A stretch of 64,000 nt of DNA, taken from the NCBI GenBank assembly GCA_965223905.1, contig CBDCXV010000001.1, positions 704,001 to 768,000 on the forward strand, in the 5' to 3' direction. Shown piece after piece: positions 8,501-15,825 of the stretch (the first letter of the stretch is position 1; every line of letters begins with the position of its first letter). Source of the DNA: Candidatus Latescibacterota bacterium (GTDB lineage: Bacteria > Latescibacterota > UBA2968 > UBA8231). Below the pieces are notes generated by a model. It was not told the origin of the DNA. It ran no database searches and saw only the letters and a list, made by a program, of their open reading frames with translations. The position numbers were made by a program, and so were the translations under genes.

Positions 8501-10351
8501 CAGTTGGTCGCCGAAGATTATGCCGGCGCCAGCGGCGAGGGCGATCAGGGCGGTTTCGTCCTGCTGACCTGGGACGCCTCCGACGATCACGATAGCCTCG
8601 ACAAGTACCGCGTCTACCGTCAGATCGCGGTGAGCACGGTCATGGACGAGGAGACCGGCAACTTCGTTACCCTGCCGGAGCCGACCACCGCGCTGGTTCA
8701 CTGGGGCACGATCGATGCGATCCCGGGTGCCGATGTCATGCGGGTTGTCGTGGCCACCCTCGATTCGGATGCAACTGCTTTCGGAGTGGCAGCCGAGCGG
8801 GGCGGTCGGAGCTCCAAGCAGGCTTTCGGTCCCGGTCAGAACGTGGAAAACCCGTACGAGCTGATGGCACAGACGATGTCCAGGAGCAGGGAAGCAGCGC
8901 AGCCGGTTTCGGATGCGCCGGTTTTCGCTACCCTGAGCCCGGAAGCCCTGACCTACCAGGCCAAGGGGGTCGTGCCGCTGCTCAAGAGCGTCGACAGCGA
9001 CGTTCTGCGGTCTGAGATAACCATGTCCGAAGTTGTCAGGAGCATCGACAATATCCCGCCGGGCGCCATTCCTTACCTCAAGGTGCTCGACACTCCGGGC
9101 GACGCGGGCGGCAGCATCAGGGTCACCTGGACCACGTCACCTGACGACCGCATGCTGACCACCACGGTCGGCAGCGCCATTGGCCTCGGCGGCCACGTCT
9201 ACTCCGTCGGCGGAGTCGCGGGCTACAACGTCTATCGCAAGATCGGCGACGGGGCCTTCGAGCTGATCGGCAAGGCGGGAAGCGGCGAGACCTCCTTCGA
9301 CGACGCCACGGTCTTCAACGGCGTGCGCTACACCTACCAGGTGAAGCCGTTCGACATTGACAACGAGACCGACAGCGAGTTGGAAGGGACCGCGATGGCG
9401 ATCCGCAACCAGGTCCTCGACGCCAACGGCAACGTGGTTCTCGGACTCTTCGGGAGCGACGACAAGGTCGGTTTCGACGACTTCTTCATCCTCGCGGATC
9501 AGTTCGGTATGACCGTCGAGGACGAAGATTTCGAGCCGGCGTTCGATCTCAGTCCCAACAACAAGATCGATCTCAACGACTTCTTCACCTTTGCCGATTT
9601 CTTCGGCAGAACGGTGGAAGGCGCTGGCAAGGCGTTGCCGATTTCGATGGCCGGTCTGAACAGCGACGCCCGCTTCTATCTCGACGCCGGCACAGAGCTG
9701 CCGAGGGTCGGAGAGGAGATGGCGATTCTGGTCAGCCTGGAAGACTTCGTCGAGCTCAAGGGCTACGGATTCAGCGTCAGCTACGATCCGCAGGTCCTGA
9801 CCTACGTGGGAACCCGGGTGGAGAACAGCATCCTGGGCGCCGGCGAGTTTGCTGAAGGTCAGCTGGTGTCCCACAAGGACGGTCTCGTGTCGCTCGTCAC
9901 CTACGGCGATGTGGCCACCGAAGGCGATCTCGGTCTCAGCCTCCTCTTCCGCTCTTTGCAGGAGATCGAGGACAGCTACATCGACATCGTGAACGCCGAG
10001 GTGAGAGACGGCAATTACGGCTTGAACACGCTGGCCGCTCCGGTTTCGGTACGGATTCAGACTCGTCCCGAGGTCTACGCGCTTCGGAACAACTTCCCGA
10101 ACCCGTTCAACCCGGAGACCACGCTCAAGTACGACTTGCCGGAAGCTGGTGACGTGAAGCTGGAAGTTTACAACATGCTGGGACAGGTGGTCAGGACTCT
10201 GGTCAACGAGCACCAGACCGCCGGTCGCTACGCAGTCCAGTGGGACGCCACCAACGGCCACGGTCAGAGCATGTCGTCGGGGATCTACTTCTATCGCGTC
10301 CAGGTAGAAGGTGAGTTCACCGACGTCAAGAAGATGCTGCTGCTCAAGTAG
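5549..10351 (+). CDS. Large secreted acidic surface protein (1600 aa): Ig-like region, 2 FN3-like modules, dockerin-like EF-hand pair, cohesin-like domain, T9SS/FlgD-type C-terminal domain
   Basis: ATG at 5549 follows a GAGGAGG SD and gives a signal peptide (MHFSRKLILLTAFMVGLGFIGSGEVEA). It contains DDKVGFDDFFILADQFG...DLSPNNKIDLNDFFTFADFFG, then GEEMAILVSLEDFVELKGYGFSVSYDPQVLTY, and ends with NFPNPFNPETT...SGIYFYRVQ...KKMLLLK. Confidence 0.85.
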   Translation: MHFSRKLILLTAFMVGLGFIGSGEVEAAKVTKVQITAPDSGALVGIGGSFTVRVEVEDFLGAENDSMGVIVFLALENGGGEPDSLVADTSATGLYPEANPSTISNLLPGTTEFFETNTTEAVAGAGVNAIGAVAALQLRGRAIEVKEGKEQFGDGKNLRGDGTSLKLLSADNEGAVFEWAATLHASVGTVSGVRAGAVSFVDATPHDGDANNASTGDEASAAATAVYSTERIDLDGDRPISGDMFFVQNLDIFDTNREDDFVPFMGVGDGDSLSYRLVGERPGDSGGGREVTGFNVGGPNDTRTVLGIGDTLRTYVKLGNRLNPLLGSDSLKLVIEAFGIEQLVHQRGIKSATRKSDRIEFEDVLSDGEYVKKDSDFTDLFEAAGADTHDIRYFLVDGAGNRSHIADIGDFDRQEDALTATGISIGTVLLVDTAKPVFDSTNGDTLLPVSAATSTDGGINGPVYPNDWNPIRLNLDRALDSLIVEFKGPKEGSLRLGNAGIPSIKHPILKATAGASTSDKGELLDFFSLDFTSYGKASGLKDDDDAVVAEKDSVRAADKDGNLIDGQFDGPESKDAVITTGTYKISFTGIDVAGNKGPARTRSDVYVDVDDVEFIRSFPFGEGDNESGLDTIEANTAVVVFRLSEPVDSLAIEYKGVAMGADADSNDVDKTRNYLLVGGQKTNTTTPEEFRVPGLQHDNRYVLTVTARDLAGNWVQSKPDTFWYNTDYQVPQANQFVVKITKPGERKTALTGLDKKIEAGDEIGISLEAQAVTGDNAPTYGGVATVTVGGGSGIELIGNKSTGATDNGDGTISLNGEDWVIGSREIVFRDTVSVENLTISIEADDDSTLVGEADSVVVIHPDDYSQIIISAADDSVMQGENFMVNVVIADKFGNQRVADNRFVAISTNTIGVQVPPDAVHIAKGAGSFMVNSSGWSGDLTLSVRDIADRKDGTANTLGTGTVYVRASDDAPDPVDPEEAPDAPDQLVAEDYAGASGEGDQGGFVLLTWDASDDHDSLDKYRVYRQIAVSTVMDEETGNFVTLPEPTTALVHWGTIDAIPGADVMRVVVATLDSDATAFGVAAERGGRSSKQAFGPGQNVENPYELMAQTMSRSREAAQPVSDAPVFATLSPEALTYQAKGVVPLLKSVDSDVLRSEITMSEVVRSIDNIPPGAIPYLKVLDTPGDAGGSIRVTWTTSPDDRMLTTTVGSAIGLGGHVYSVGGVAGYNVYRKIGDGAFELIGKAGSGETSFDDATVFNGVRYTYQVKPFDIDNETDSELEGTAMAIRNQVLDANGNVVLGLFGSDDKVGFDDFFILADQFGMTVEDEDFEPAFDLSPNNKIDLNDFFTFADFFGRTVEGAGKALPISMAGLNSDARFYLDAGTELPRVGEEMAILVSLEDFVELKGYGFSVSYDPQVLTYVGTRVENSILGAGEFAEGQLVSHKDGLVSLVTYGDVATEGDLGLSLLFRSLQEIEDSYIDIVNAEVRDGNYGLNTLAAPVSVRIQTRPEVYALRNNFPNPFNPETTLKYDLPEAGDVKLEVYNMLGQVVRTLVNEHQTAGRYAVQWDATNGHGQSMSSGIYFYRVQVEGEFTDVKKMLLLK

Positions 10352-10376
10352 GCGGAGGGCAAGGCAGCGAAATTGA

Positions 10377-10406
10377 GACGGGACCCTGCCCTCGCGGGGT
10401 CCCGTC
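10377..10406 (+). promoter_or_regulatory. Strong intergenic stem-loop without U-tract (partial terminator or mRNA stabiliser)
   Basis: GACGGGACCCTGC-cctc-GCGGGGTCCCGTC, a 13-bp stem with one G-U pair. Confidence 0.6.
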
Positions 10407-10500
10407 CTCATATTAGACGGAAATTTTGAAACCGGAAGCTGAACGCAGTTCAAACGGGATGGCCAACTTGGGTCGCGTATCATTGATCAGGAGAGAGGAA

Positions 10501-12057
10501 ATGCTCAACCACGTGCGAAAGGCCGCGCCATTTGCCCTCGCCTTCGTAATCGTCTTGGCTGGTGTAGCTTTCGCAGGTGACAATGAAGCCGTCACCTTTT
10601 CTACTACCAGTGATACGGAGGTGTCCGGGATAGGGGCTGGGGGAACCGTTTCCCTCAACGTCACCGCATCGGGAATGGTCGGCGTATCTCAATACGATAT
10701 GACAGTCACAGTCACCCCTGCCGATGCCTTCAACCTGGAGGCTACTACGTTCGCCCCCGGGCCGGATTTCGTCGCTCCTGGAACGGAAACCGGGGAAGGC
10801 ACGGTGAAGGCGGGTGCCGCAAACTTCAGCGGGGCAATAGACGGGGATTCCTCCCTGGGCGATTTCGTGCTGACAGCCTCCGCTGATTTTACCGAGGATA
10901 CCCAGGCGACGGTTACAGTCAGCATGGTTTCCGTCGGCTCATCCTCAACTGACCGCGACGAGTTCGACGCCGATGCGATCGGCATTTCGATCATGGTCAA
11001 TCCCCCTGTGCCGCCGCCGCCGCCGGTCATCGAACCGACGCTGTCTGCTGTCGGGGCTACCGACCTCAGCCTTGATTTTTCCGGGGCTATTGGTGACGCC
11101 GGCGAGCCGGACGGCAGCGCCGGCGAAGTGACTTTGGGCGTCAGCTTCACGGACGCGACTGGGGCCGCAATGGAAGGCCAGGAGGTTGCCTGGTCGGTCA
11201 CCAACAACGGGGCCGAGTCGGTGTTCGTTCTTGGCGAGGGCGGGCAGGAGATAACGGCCAACACCTCCGATGTGGCGGTGACGGCTACCACCGATGCCGC
11301 CGGTCTGGCATCGATCACTTTTGATTGCGAGGGTGACGGCGACTCCGGCAGCACCAGTATCTCGGTGACGGCGAGGACTACCGCTCCGAATTCCGAAGGA
11401 GAATCCAGGGGCCTGAGCGTCGGCTTCAGCGCCACCTGGGATGTTCCGGTTCCCGCAGAGTTGGCGAGCTTTGCCGCCGAAGTCACCGGGGACCGCGAGA
11501 TCCTGCTGAGGTGGGGGGTCGTTTCCCAGACCAACAACCTCGGGTGGGAGGTTTTCCGCAGCACCGACGATGCCGTTTACGAGCGCATCGGGGATCTCGT
11601 CCCCGGGGAAGGTACGATCGATGTCTTCACGACTTATGATTTCATCGATTCCGATCCACCCCTCTCGGATATGGTCTACTACTATCTCAGGCAGATCGAC
11701 CTCGATGGCTCCTCAACCCGTTCGCAGGTGATTCAGGTCTACTTCGACGCCACTGCCATCGACCTCGATCTGGTCCCGACCGTCACCGCATTGGGTCAGA
11801 ATTTTCCCAACCCGTTCAACCCCGAAACGACCATCAGCTTCGATTTGGCCCAACAAGCCCAGGTCGCCCTGACCATCTACGACGCAACCGGTCAGACCGT
11901 TCGAAAGCTTGCTGACGAGTACCTCCCGGCTGGTCACTACCGGCGGATCTGGGACGGGCTCGACCAGAATGGGGAAGCTGTCGGTTCCGGGGTGTATTTC
12001 TACGAGCTGAATGCTGGGGATTTCAGCTCGATGAAAAAGATGACCTTGGTCAGGTAA
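10501..12057 (+). CDS. Secreted protein (518 aa): cohesin-like N-domain, poly-Pro linker, Ig-like domains, T9SS/FlgD-type C-terminal domain
   Basis: ATG at 10501 after GAGAGGA; signal peptide ending AFA; PPVPPPPPV linker; VPAELASF...LRWGVVSQTNNLGWEVFRS...YYYLRQIDLDG module; NFPNPFNPETT...SGVYFYEL...KKMTLVR tail. Confidence 0.85.
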   Translation: MLNHVRKAAPFALAFVIVLAGVAFAGDNEAVTFSTTSDTEVSGIGAGGTVSLNVTASGMVGVSQYDMTVTVTPADAFNLEATTFAPGPDFVAPGTETGEGTVKAGAANFSGAIDGDSSLGDFVLTASADFTEDTQATVTVSMVSVGSSSTDRDEFDADAIGISIMVNPPVPPPPPVIEPTLSAVGATDLSLDFSGAIGDAGEPDGSAGEVTLGVSFTDATGAAMEGQEVAWSVTNNGAESVFVLGEGGQEITANTSDVAVTATTDAAGLASITFDCEGDGDSGSTSISVTARTTAPNSEGESRGLSVGFSATWDVPVPAELASFAAEVTGDREILLRWGVVSQTNNLGWEVFRSTDDAVYERIGDLVPGEGTIDVFTTYDFIDSDPPLSDMVYYYLRQIDLDGSSTRSQVIQVYFDATAIDLDLVPTVTALGQNFPNPFNPETTISFDLAQQAQVALTIYDATGQTVRKLADEYLPAGHYRRIWDGLDQNGEAVGSGVYFYELNAGDFSSMKKMTLVR

Positions 12058-12107
12058 TTTCAGAATCGCGGCGAACCGCCGGATCCACCGGTGGTCTGCC
12101 AGGGAGT

Positions 12108-12147
12108 AGGCCGCCGGGTGTGTTTTCGCTCGGCGGCCTTTTCTTTT
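12108..12147 (+). terminator. Rho-independent terminator
   Basis: AGGCCGCCGGGTG-tgtttt-CGCTCGGCGGCCT followed by TTTCTTTT. Confidence 0.8.
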
Positions 12148-12179
12148 CGCCGCCAGAAGGTTAACCGGTTTGATCGCCA

Positions 12180-12428
12180 ATGCGCGTAAAGCTGCTGCTG
12201 TTCGCCGGCTGCCGGGAGGCGGTCGGGAGCAAGGAACTGGAGATTGAGTTGCCGGAGGGAGCCTCGACGGTAGAGGAGGCCTTGGAGGTGGTCCTGGCCA
12301 GGTTTCCGCAGTTGCGGGGAATTGCCAAATCCGTGGCCATTGCCAGGAATGCTGAATACGTCCCGTGGGACGCTCCGATTGCGGACGGCGACGAGCTGGC
12401 GATCATCCCCCCTGTCAGCGGCGGATGA
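12180..12428 (+). CDS. moaD: Molybdopterin synthase sulfur carrier subunit
   Basis: 82 aa with LLFA..RE..G and the C-terminal GDELAIIPPVSGG. Confidence 0.93.
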   Translation: MRVKLLLFAGCREAVGSKELEIELPEGASTVEEALEVVLARFPQLRGIAKSVAIARNAEYVPWDAPIADGDELAIIPPVSGG

Positions 12429-12449
12429 CGGGATAGGTAGCAGGCAGAT

Positions 12450-12911
12450 ATGCTTTTCAGAATAACTGACGAACCGATCGCTCCAGGTGCCCTGTACGAC
12501 GAGGTCAGGGCCGACGGGGACGGGGCCGTGGTCACCTTCGCCGGGGTGGTGCGGGATCACAGCAACGGCAGGCGAACCGATCACCTGGTCTACGAGGCAT
12601 ACCCGCCTATGGCCGAGCGCGAGATGGCGAAGATCGGAGAGGAGGCGGCCTTGAGGTGGGAGGTTGACGACATCGCCATTCTGCATCGCGTCGGGCGCTT
12701 GGAGATTGGCGAAATCAGCGTTTTGGTAGCCGTATCCAGTCCGCATCGCGCCGATGGCTTTTCCGCCTGTCGGTTCGCCATCGACCGCCTGAAGCAGACG
12801 GTGCCTGTCTGGAAGAAGGAGATGTCCGAGGACGGCGAGTACTGGGTGGAGGGTCCTGGAATGCCGGAGTCGAACCCTGAGGCGGCCGGGTGTTCAACTT
12901 CAGCTGGGTAA
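12450..12911 (+). CDS. moaE: Molybdopterin synthase catalytic subunit
   Basis: GAVVTFAGVVRD, LVYEAYPPMA, HRVGRLEIGE, SPHR, IDRLKQTVPVWKKE. Confidence 0.95.
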   Translation: MLFRITDEPIAPGALYDEVRADGDGAVVTFAGVVRDHSNGRRTDHLVYEAYPPMAEREMAKIGEEAALRWEVDDIAILHRVGRLEIGEISVLVAVSSPHRADGFSACRFAIDRLKQTVPVWKKEMSEDGEYWVEGPGMPESNPEAAGCSTSAG

Positions 12912-13375
12912 TTCCGGAAAAGCTGGCGGCCAGCGGCATGCTGGGCAGCCGCTACGGGAGCTTCTTCAACGGTTCGCCAACCTTGGCGGAAGACCTGGAG
13001 TTCGCCGCCCGGCAGAAGATCGGGGCGCTTGTTTCGCTGACGGAAACCGCCCTCGATGAGGGTGAAATCAGGGTTTCCGGGTTGGACTATCTCCACCTGC
13101 CGGTCGAGGACATGAGGGCGCCGGCGGTCGAGGATTGCCGTCGCTTCGTCGATTTCGCCGCGGACAGGATCGATCGGGGGATTGCCGTTCTCGTCCACTG
13201 CGTCGCCGGAAGGGGGCGCACCGGGACCATGCTGGCCTGCTTCTTCGTCCGCCAGGGTTGCGGTCCGCTGGAGTCGTTGGAGCGCGTCCGCAGGCTCCGG
13301 CCCGGGTCGGTGGAAACAGAAGCCCAGGAGGCCGTCGTTTTGGAGTACGCCGCGCGGCACAAGGTCCGTGGCTGA
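12890..13375 (+). CDS. Dual-specificity/tyrosine protein phosphatase
   Basis: NFSWV N-terminus, general-acid loop PVEDM, CX5R motif VHCVAGRGRTG, and RPGSVET..QE. Confidence 0.9.
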   Translation: MFNFSWVIPEKLAASGMLGSRYGSFFNGSPTLAEDLEFAARQKIGALVSLTETALDEGEIRVSGLDYLHLPVEDMRAPAVEDCRRFVDFAADRIDRGIAVLVHCVAGRGRTGTMLACFFVRQGCGPLESLERVRRLRPGSVETEAQEAVVLEYAARHKVRG

Positions 13376-13446
13376 GCAACTGCATCGCCTCGCGCCGGAT
13401 GCGCGAGGTCACCAACCTCACTAGCAAATGGGAGGGGAGGTCCCGG

Positions 13447-13638
13447 ATGGAAACCCAGTTCCCGGTATGCCAAAGCTGCGATAAAGGTGTCCTGGTTCCG
13501 CTTTCCGACTACGGAAGGGATGGTGCGTCGATTCACTACAAGGCCTGGGTCTGCACCAGCCCCGAGTGCGGATTCCACATCCGTATCGACAACGGCGAGC
13601 TGAGCCTCGGCAAGGAATTGAAAGAGGCGTACAAGTAG
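13447..13638 (+). CDS. Small zinc-ribbon-like protein (63 aa)
   Basis: Strong SD GGGAGG. Sequence METQFPVCQSCDKGVLVPLSDYG...KAWVCTSPECGFHIRIDNG has CxxC...CxxxxC. Confidence 0.8.
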   Translation: METQFPVCQSCDKGVLVPLSDYGRDGASIHYKAWVCTSPECGFHIRIDNGELSLGKELKEAYK

Positions 13639-13791
13639 GGGCCGTTTCTTTCCACTGGAAGCAGCCCTTTCTTCTACGCGCCGGCGCCTGTCCCTGCAGG
13701 CGCCGCTGGTCTGTCCCTGGAACCGCCCCCCCGGTTACCAGTTTCCCCCCGCGCGCGGAATCTCCGCGCGAGCCTCAGACACACCCGAATC

Positions 13792-14784
13792 ATGGCGCAC
13801 GTCCGGGCACGCGTGCCCGGTGTGCATGCTCGACGACAAACATTGAACAGACAGAAATTCGGCGATTACGGAGTGAGGCTCGGGGCGGTTCTTCTTGCCT
13901 GCCTGGTCTGGTTTTACGCCGCCACCGAGCTGACCTACCGCACCGAACTCGAAATCGGGCTGCAGGTTGCCGATCCACCGCCGACCAGATCCGGGATTCC
14001 GATCGTCGTCGCCAACCCCGTTCCTGAGAGGGTGGTCGTAGTGGTGTCGGGGAGCGGCAAGGACATCCTTCTGTTGGAGGACGACGCCTTCCTGCTTCGC
14101 GTTCAGCCGCCGGTCGGCCGGCAAGGTACGAGGCGCAAGTTCAGACTGGTGCCGGAGCAGGTGGTCAGCAAGACCGACCTGCCGGTCAGGGTCGAGGAGA
14201 TCGTCGACCCGAAAGAGGTCGAGGTGGTAATGGACAAGCTGGTCGAGGCGAACCTGCCGGTACGTGCGCTGATCGACATGCAAATCGCCGATTCCTATAC
14301 CCAGGTCGGCCCGGTCGAAGTGACCCCGGAGACGGTTCGGGTTTCCGGCCCGGCATCGCAAGTCGGCGCGCTGTACGTGCTCCATACCGATTCCCTGGTT
14401 CAATACGGGGTCAGGCGGGATATCGCCGCCACGCTCCCGATATCCCTGCCGGAAGGTTCCCGCATCGAGATGAGCTCCGATCACGTGACCGTTCGTGTCG
14501 ACGTTCAAGAGCTGGCCGAGTACGAAATCGCCAACGTCCCGGTGAGAATACCCAGGGCCGGACTTCCCCCGCTGGCTGCCAGACCCTCGCGCGTCACCGT
14601 CCTTGTGCGGGGCGGCGCCGACGTCATCGGCAGGCTGGATCCGGAATCGGACTTCGATCTATTCGCCGACATCCAGGACGGGTCCCGGGTCGCGGGATCG
14701 ATCGTCAGGATCGCTCCGGGGGCGACCGAAAACTTCGAGATCAGGGAGATCACCCCGGAGTTCGTGACCCTCGTCAGGCGCTGA
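13792..14784 (+). CDS. YbbR/CdaR-like domain membrane protein
   Basis: Single TM helix (LGAVLLACLVWFY) and repeated P..V.V.V.G modules (PERVVVVVSG, PETVRVSGP, PSRVTVLVRG). The start is uncertain. Confidence 0.75.
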   Translation: MAHVRARVPGVHARRQTLNRQKFGDYGVRLGAVLLACLVWFYAATELTYRTELEIGLQVADPPPTRSGIPIVVANPVPERVVVVVSGSGKDILLLEDDAFLLRVQPPVGRQGTRRKFRLVPEQVVSKTDLPVRVEEIVDPKEVEVVMDKLVEANLPVRALIDMQIADSYTQVGPVEVTPETVRVSGPASQVGALYVLHTDSLVQYGVRRDIAATLPISLPEGSRIEMSSDHVTVRVDVQELAEYEIANVPVRIPRAGLPPLAARPSRVTVLVRGGADVIGRLDPESDFDLFADIQDGSRVAGSIVRIAPGATENFEIREITPEFVTLVRR

Positions 14785-14790
14785 CCGGCC

Positions 14791-15825
14791 ATGCTCGTTC
14801 TCGGTATCGAAACCTCCTGTGACGAGACCTCCGCCGCGGTCGTCGAGGACTCGTCGATCCGCTCGAACGTGATCTGGTCGCAGCAGGACCACGCCCGCTT
14901 CGGCGGGGTGGTCCCCGAGCTGGCCTCGCGCGCCCACGTTCGCGCCATCGTCCCCGTCATCGAAACGGCGCTCCGGGAAGCCGGTGTGGCTTTGGGGGAC
15001 ATCGACGGGATAGCCGTGACCAGGGGTCCGGGCCTGATCGGGTCGCTGATCGTGGGGCTCAATGCCGCCAAGGGATTGGCGGTTTCCCTGGGCAAGCCGT
15101 TCGTCGGGGTGAACCACCTCGAGGGGCACATCTTCTCCAATCTGGTGGAGCGCCGAATCGAGGTGCCGTTCCTCACCCTCCTTGTTTCCGGGGGACATAC
15201 GGAGCTGGTTCTCGTCGAGCGCCTCGGCGAGTACAAGCTTCTGGGAAGGACCCTCGACGACGCCGCAGGGGAGGCCTTCGACAAGGTCGCCAAGCTGCTC
15301 GACCTGCTGCCGGAGGACAGGATGGTCATGGGCGGTCGCGTCGTTGCCGAAGCGGCCGGGAGCGGAGACCCGGAAGCGATCCCGTTCCCCAGGGCGCTGG
15401 CCTCGCGGGAGACCTGGGATTTCAGCTTCAGCGGCCTCAAGACCGCCGTTCTCAACCACGTCCGCCAGCTGCAGCGGTCGAACCCGGACATCGGCAGCGA
15501 GATCCCCGATATCGCTGCCAGCTTTCAGGCCGCGGTCGTCGACGTGCTGGTCGAGCGCACGGCGAGGGCGATGACGGAGCTGAACGTCTCCCGGGTGGCG
15601 GTCGCCGGCGGCGTCGCCGCCAACGCCTCGCTGCGGGCCGGCCTGCAGGCGCAGGTCGCCGATCTCGGCGGCGAGCTCCACTGCCCGGCCCCTGTCCTGT
15701 GCACGGACAACGCCGCCATGATCGCCGCCGCCGGACTCTTCCACCTCCGCCGCGGAGAACGCGGCACCCCCGACCTCGACGCAGAGCCACGCCTTCCGCT
15801 GACCGACGCTCGCTCCTCCCGATGA
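14791..15825 (+). CDS. tsaD: tRNA t6A threonylcarbamoyltransferase
   Basis: LGIETSCDETSAAV, GGVVPELASRAH, NHLEGH, VSGGHT, DDAAGEAFDKVA, FSFSGLKTA, CTDNAAMIA. Confidence 0.97.
   Translation: MLVLGIETSCDETSAAVVEDSSIRSNVIWSQQDHARFGGVVPELASRAHVRAIVPVIETALREAGVALGDIDGIAVTRGPGLIGSLIVGLNAAKGLAVSLGKPFVGVNHLEGHIFSNLVERRIEVPFLTLLVSGGHTELVLVERLGEYKLLGRTLDDAAGEAFDKVAKLLDLLPEDRMVMGGRVVAEAAGSGDPEAIPFPRALASRETWDFSFSGLKTAVLNHVRQLQRSNPDIGSEIPDIAASFQAAVVDVLVERTARAMTELNVSRVAVAGGVAANASLRAGLQAQVADLGGELHCPAPVLCTDNAAMIAAAGLFHLRRGERGTPDLDAEPRLPLTDARSSR

Noticed and set aside
10075-11835. Shared AA(C/T)TT(C/T)CC(G/C)AACCCGTTCAACCC sequence in the two surface genes as a DGR template/variable repeat pair
   Set aside because: It simply encodes the conserved NFPNPFNP motif. 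There is no adenine-specific pattern and no reverse transcriptase in the window.
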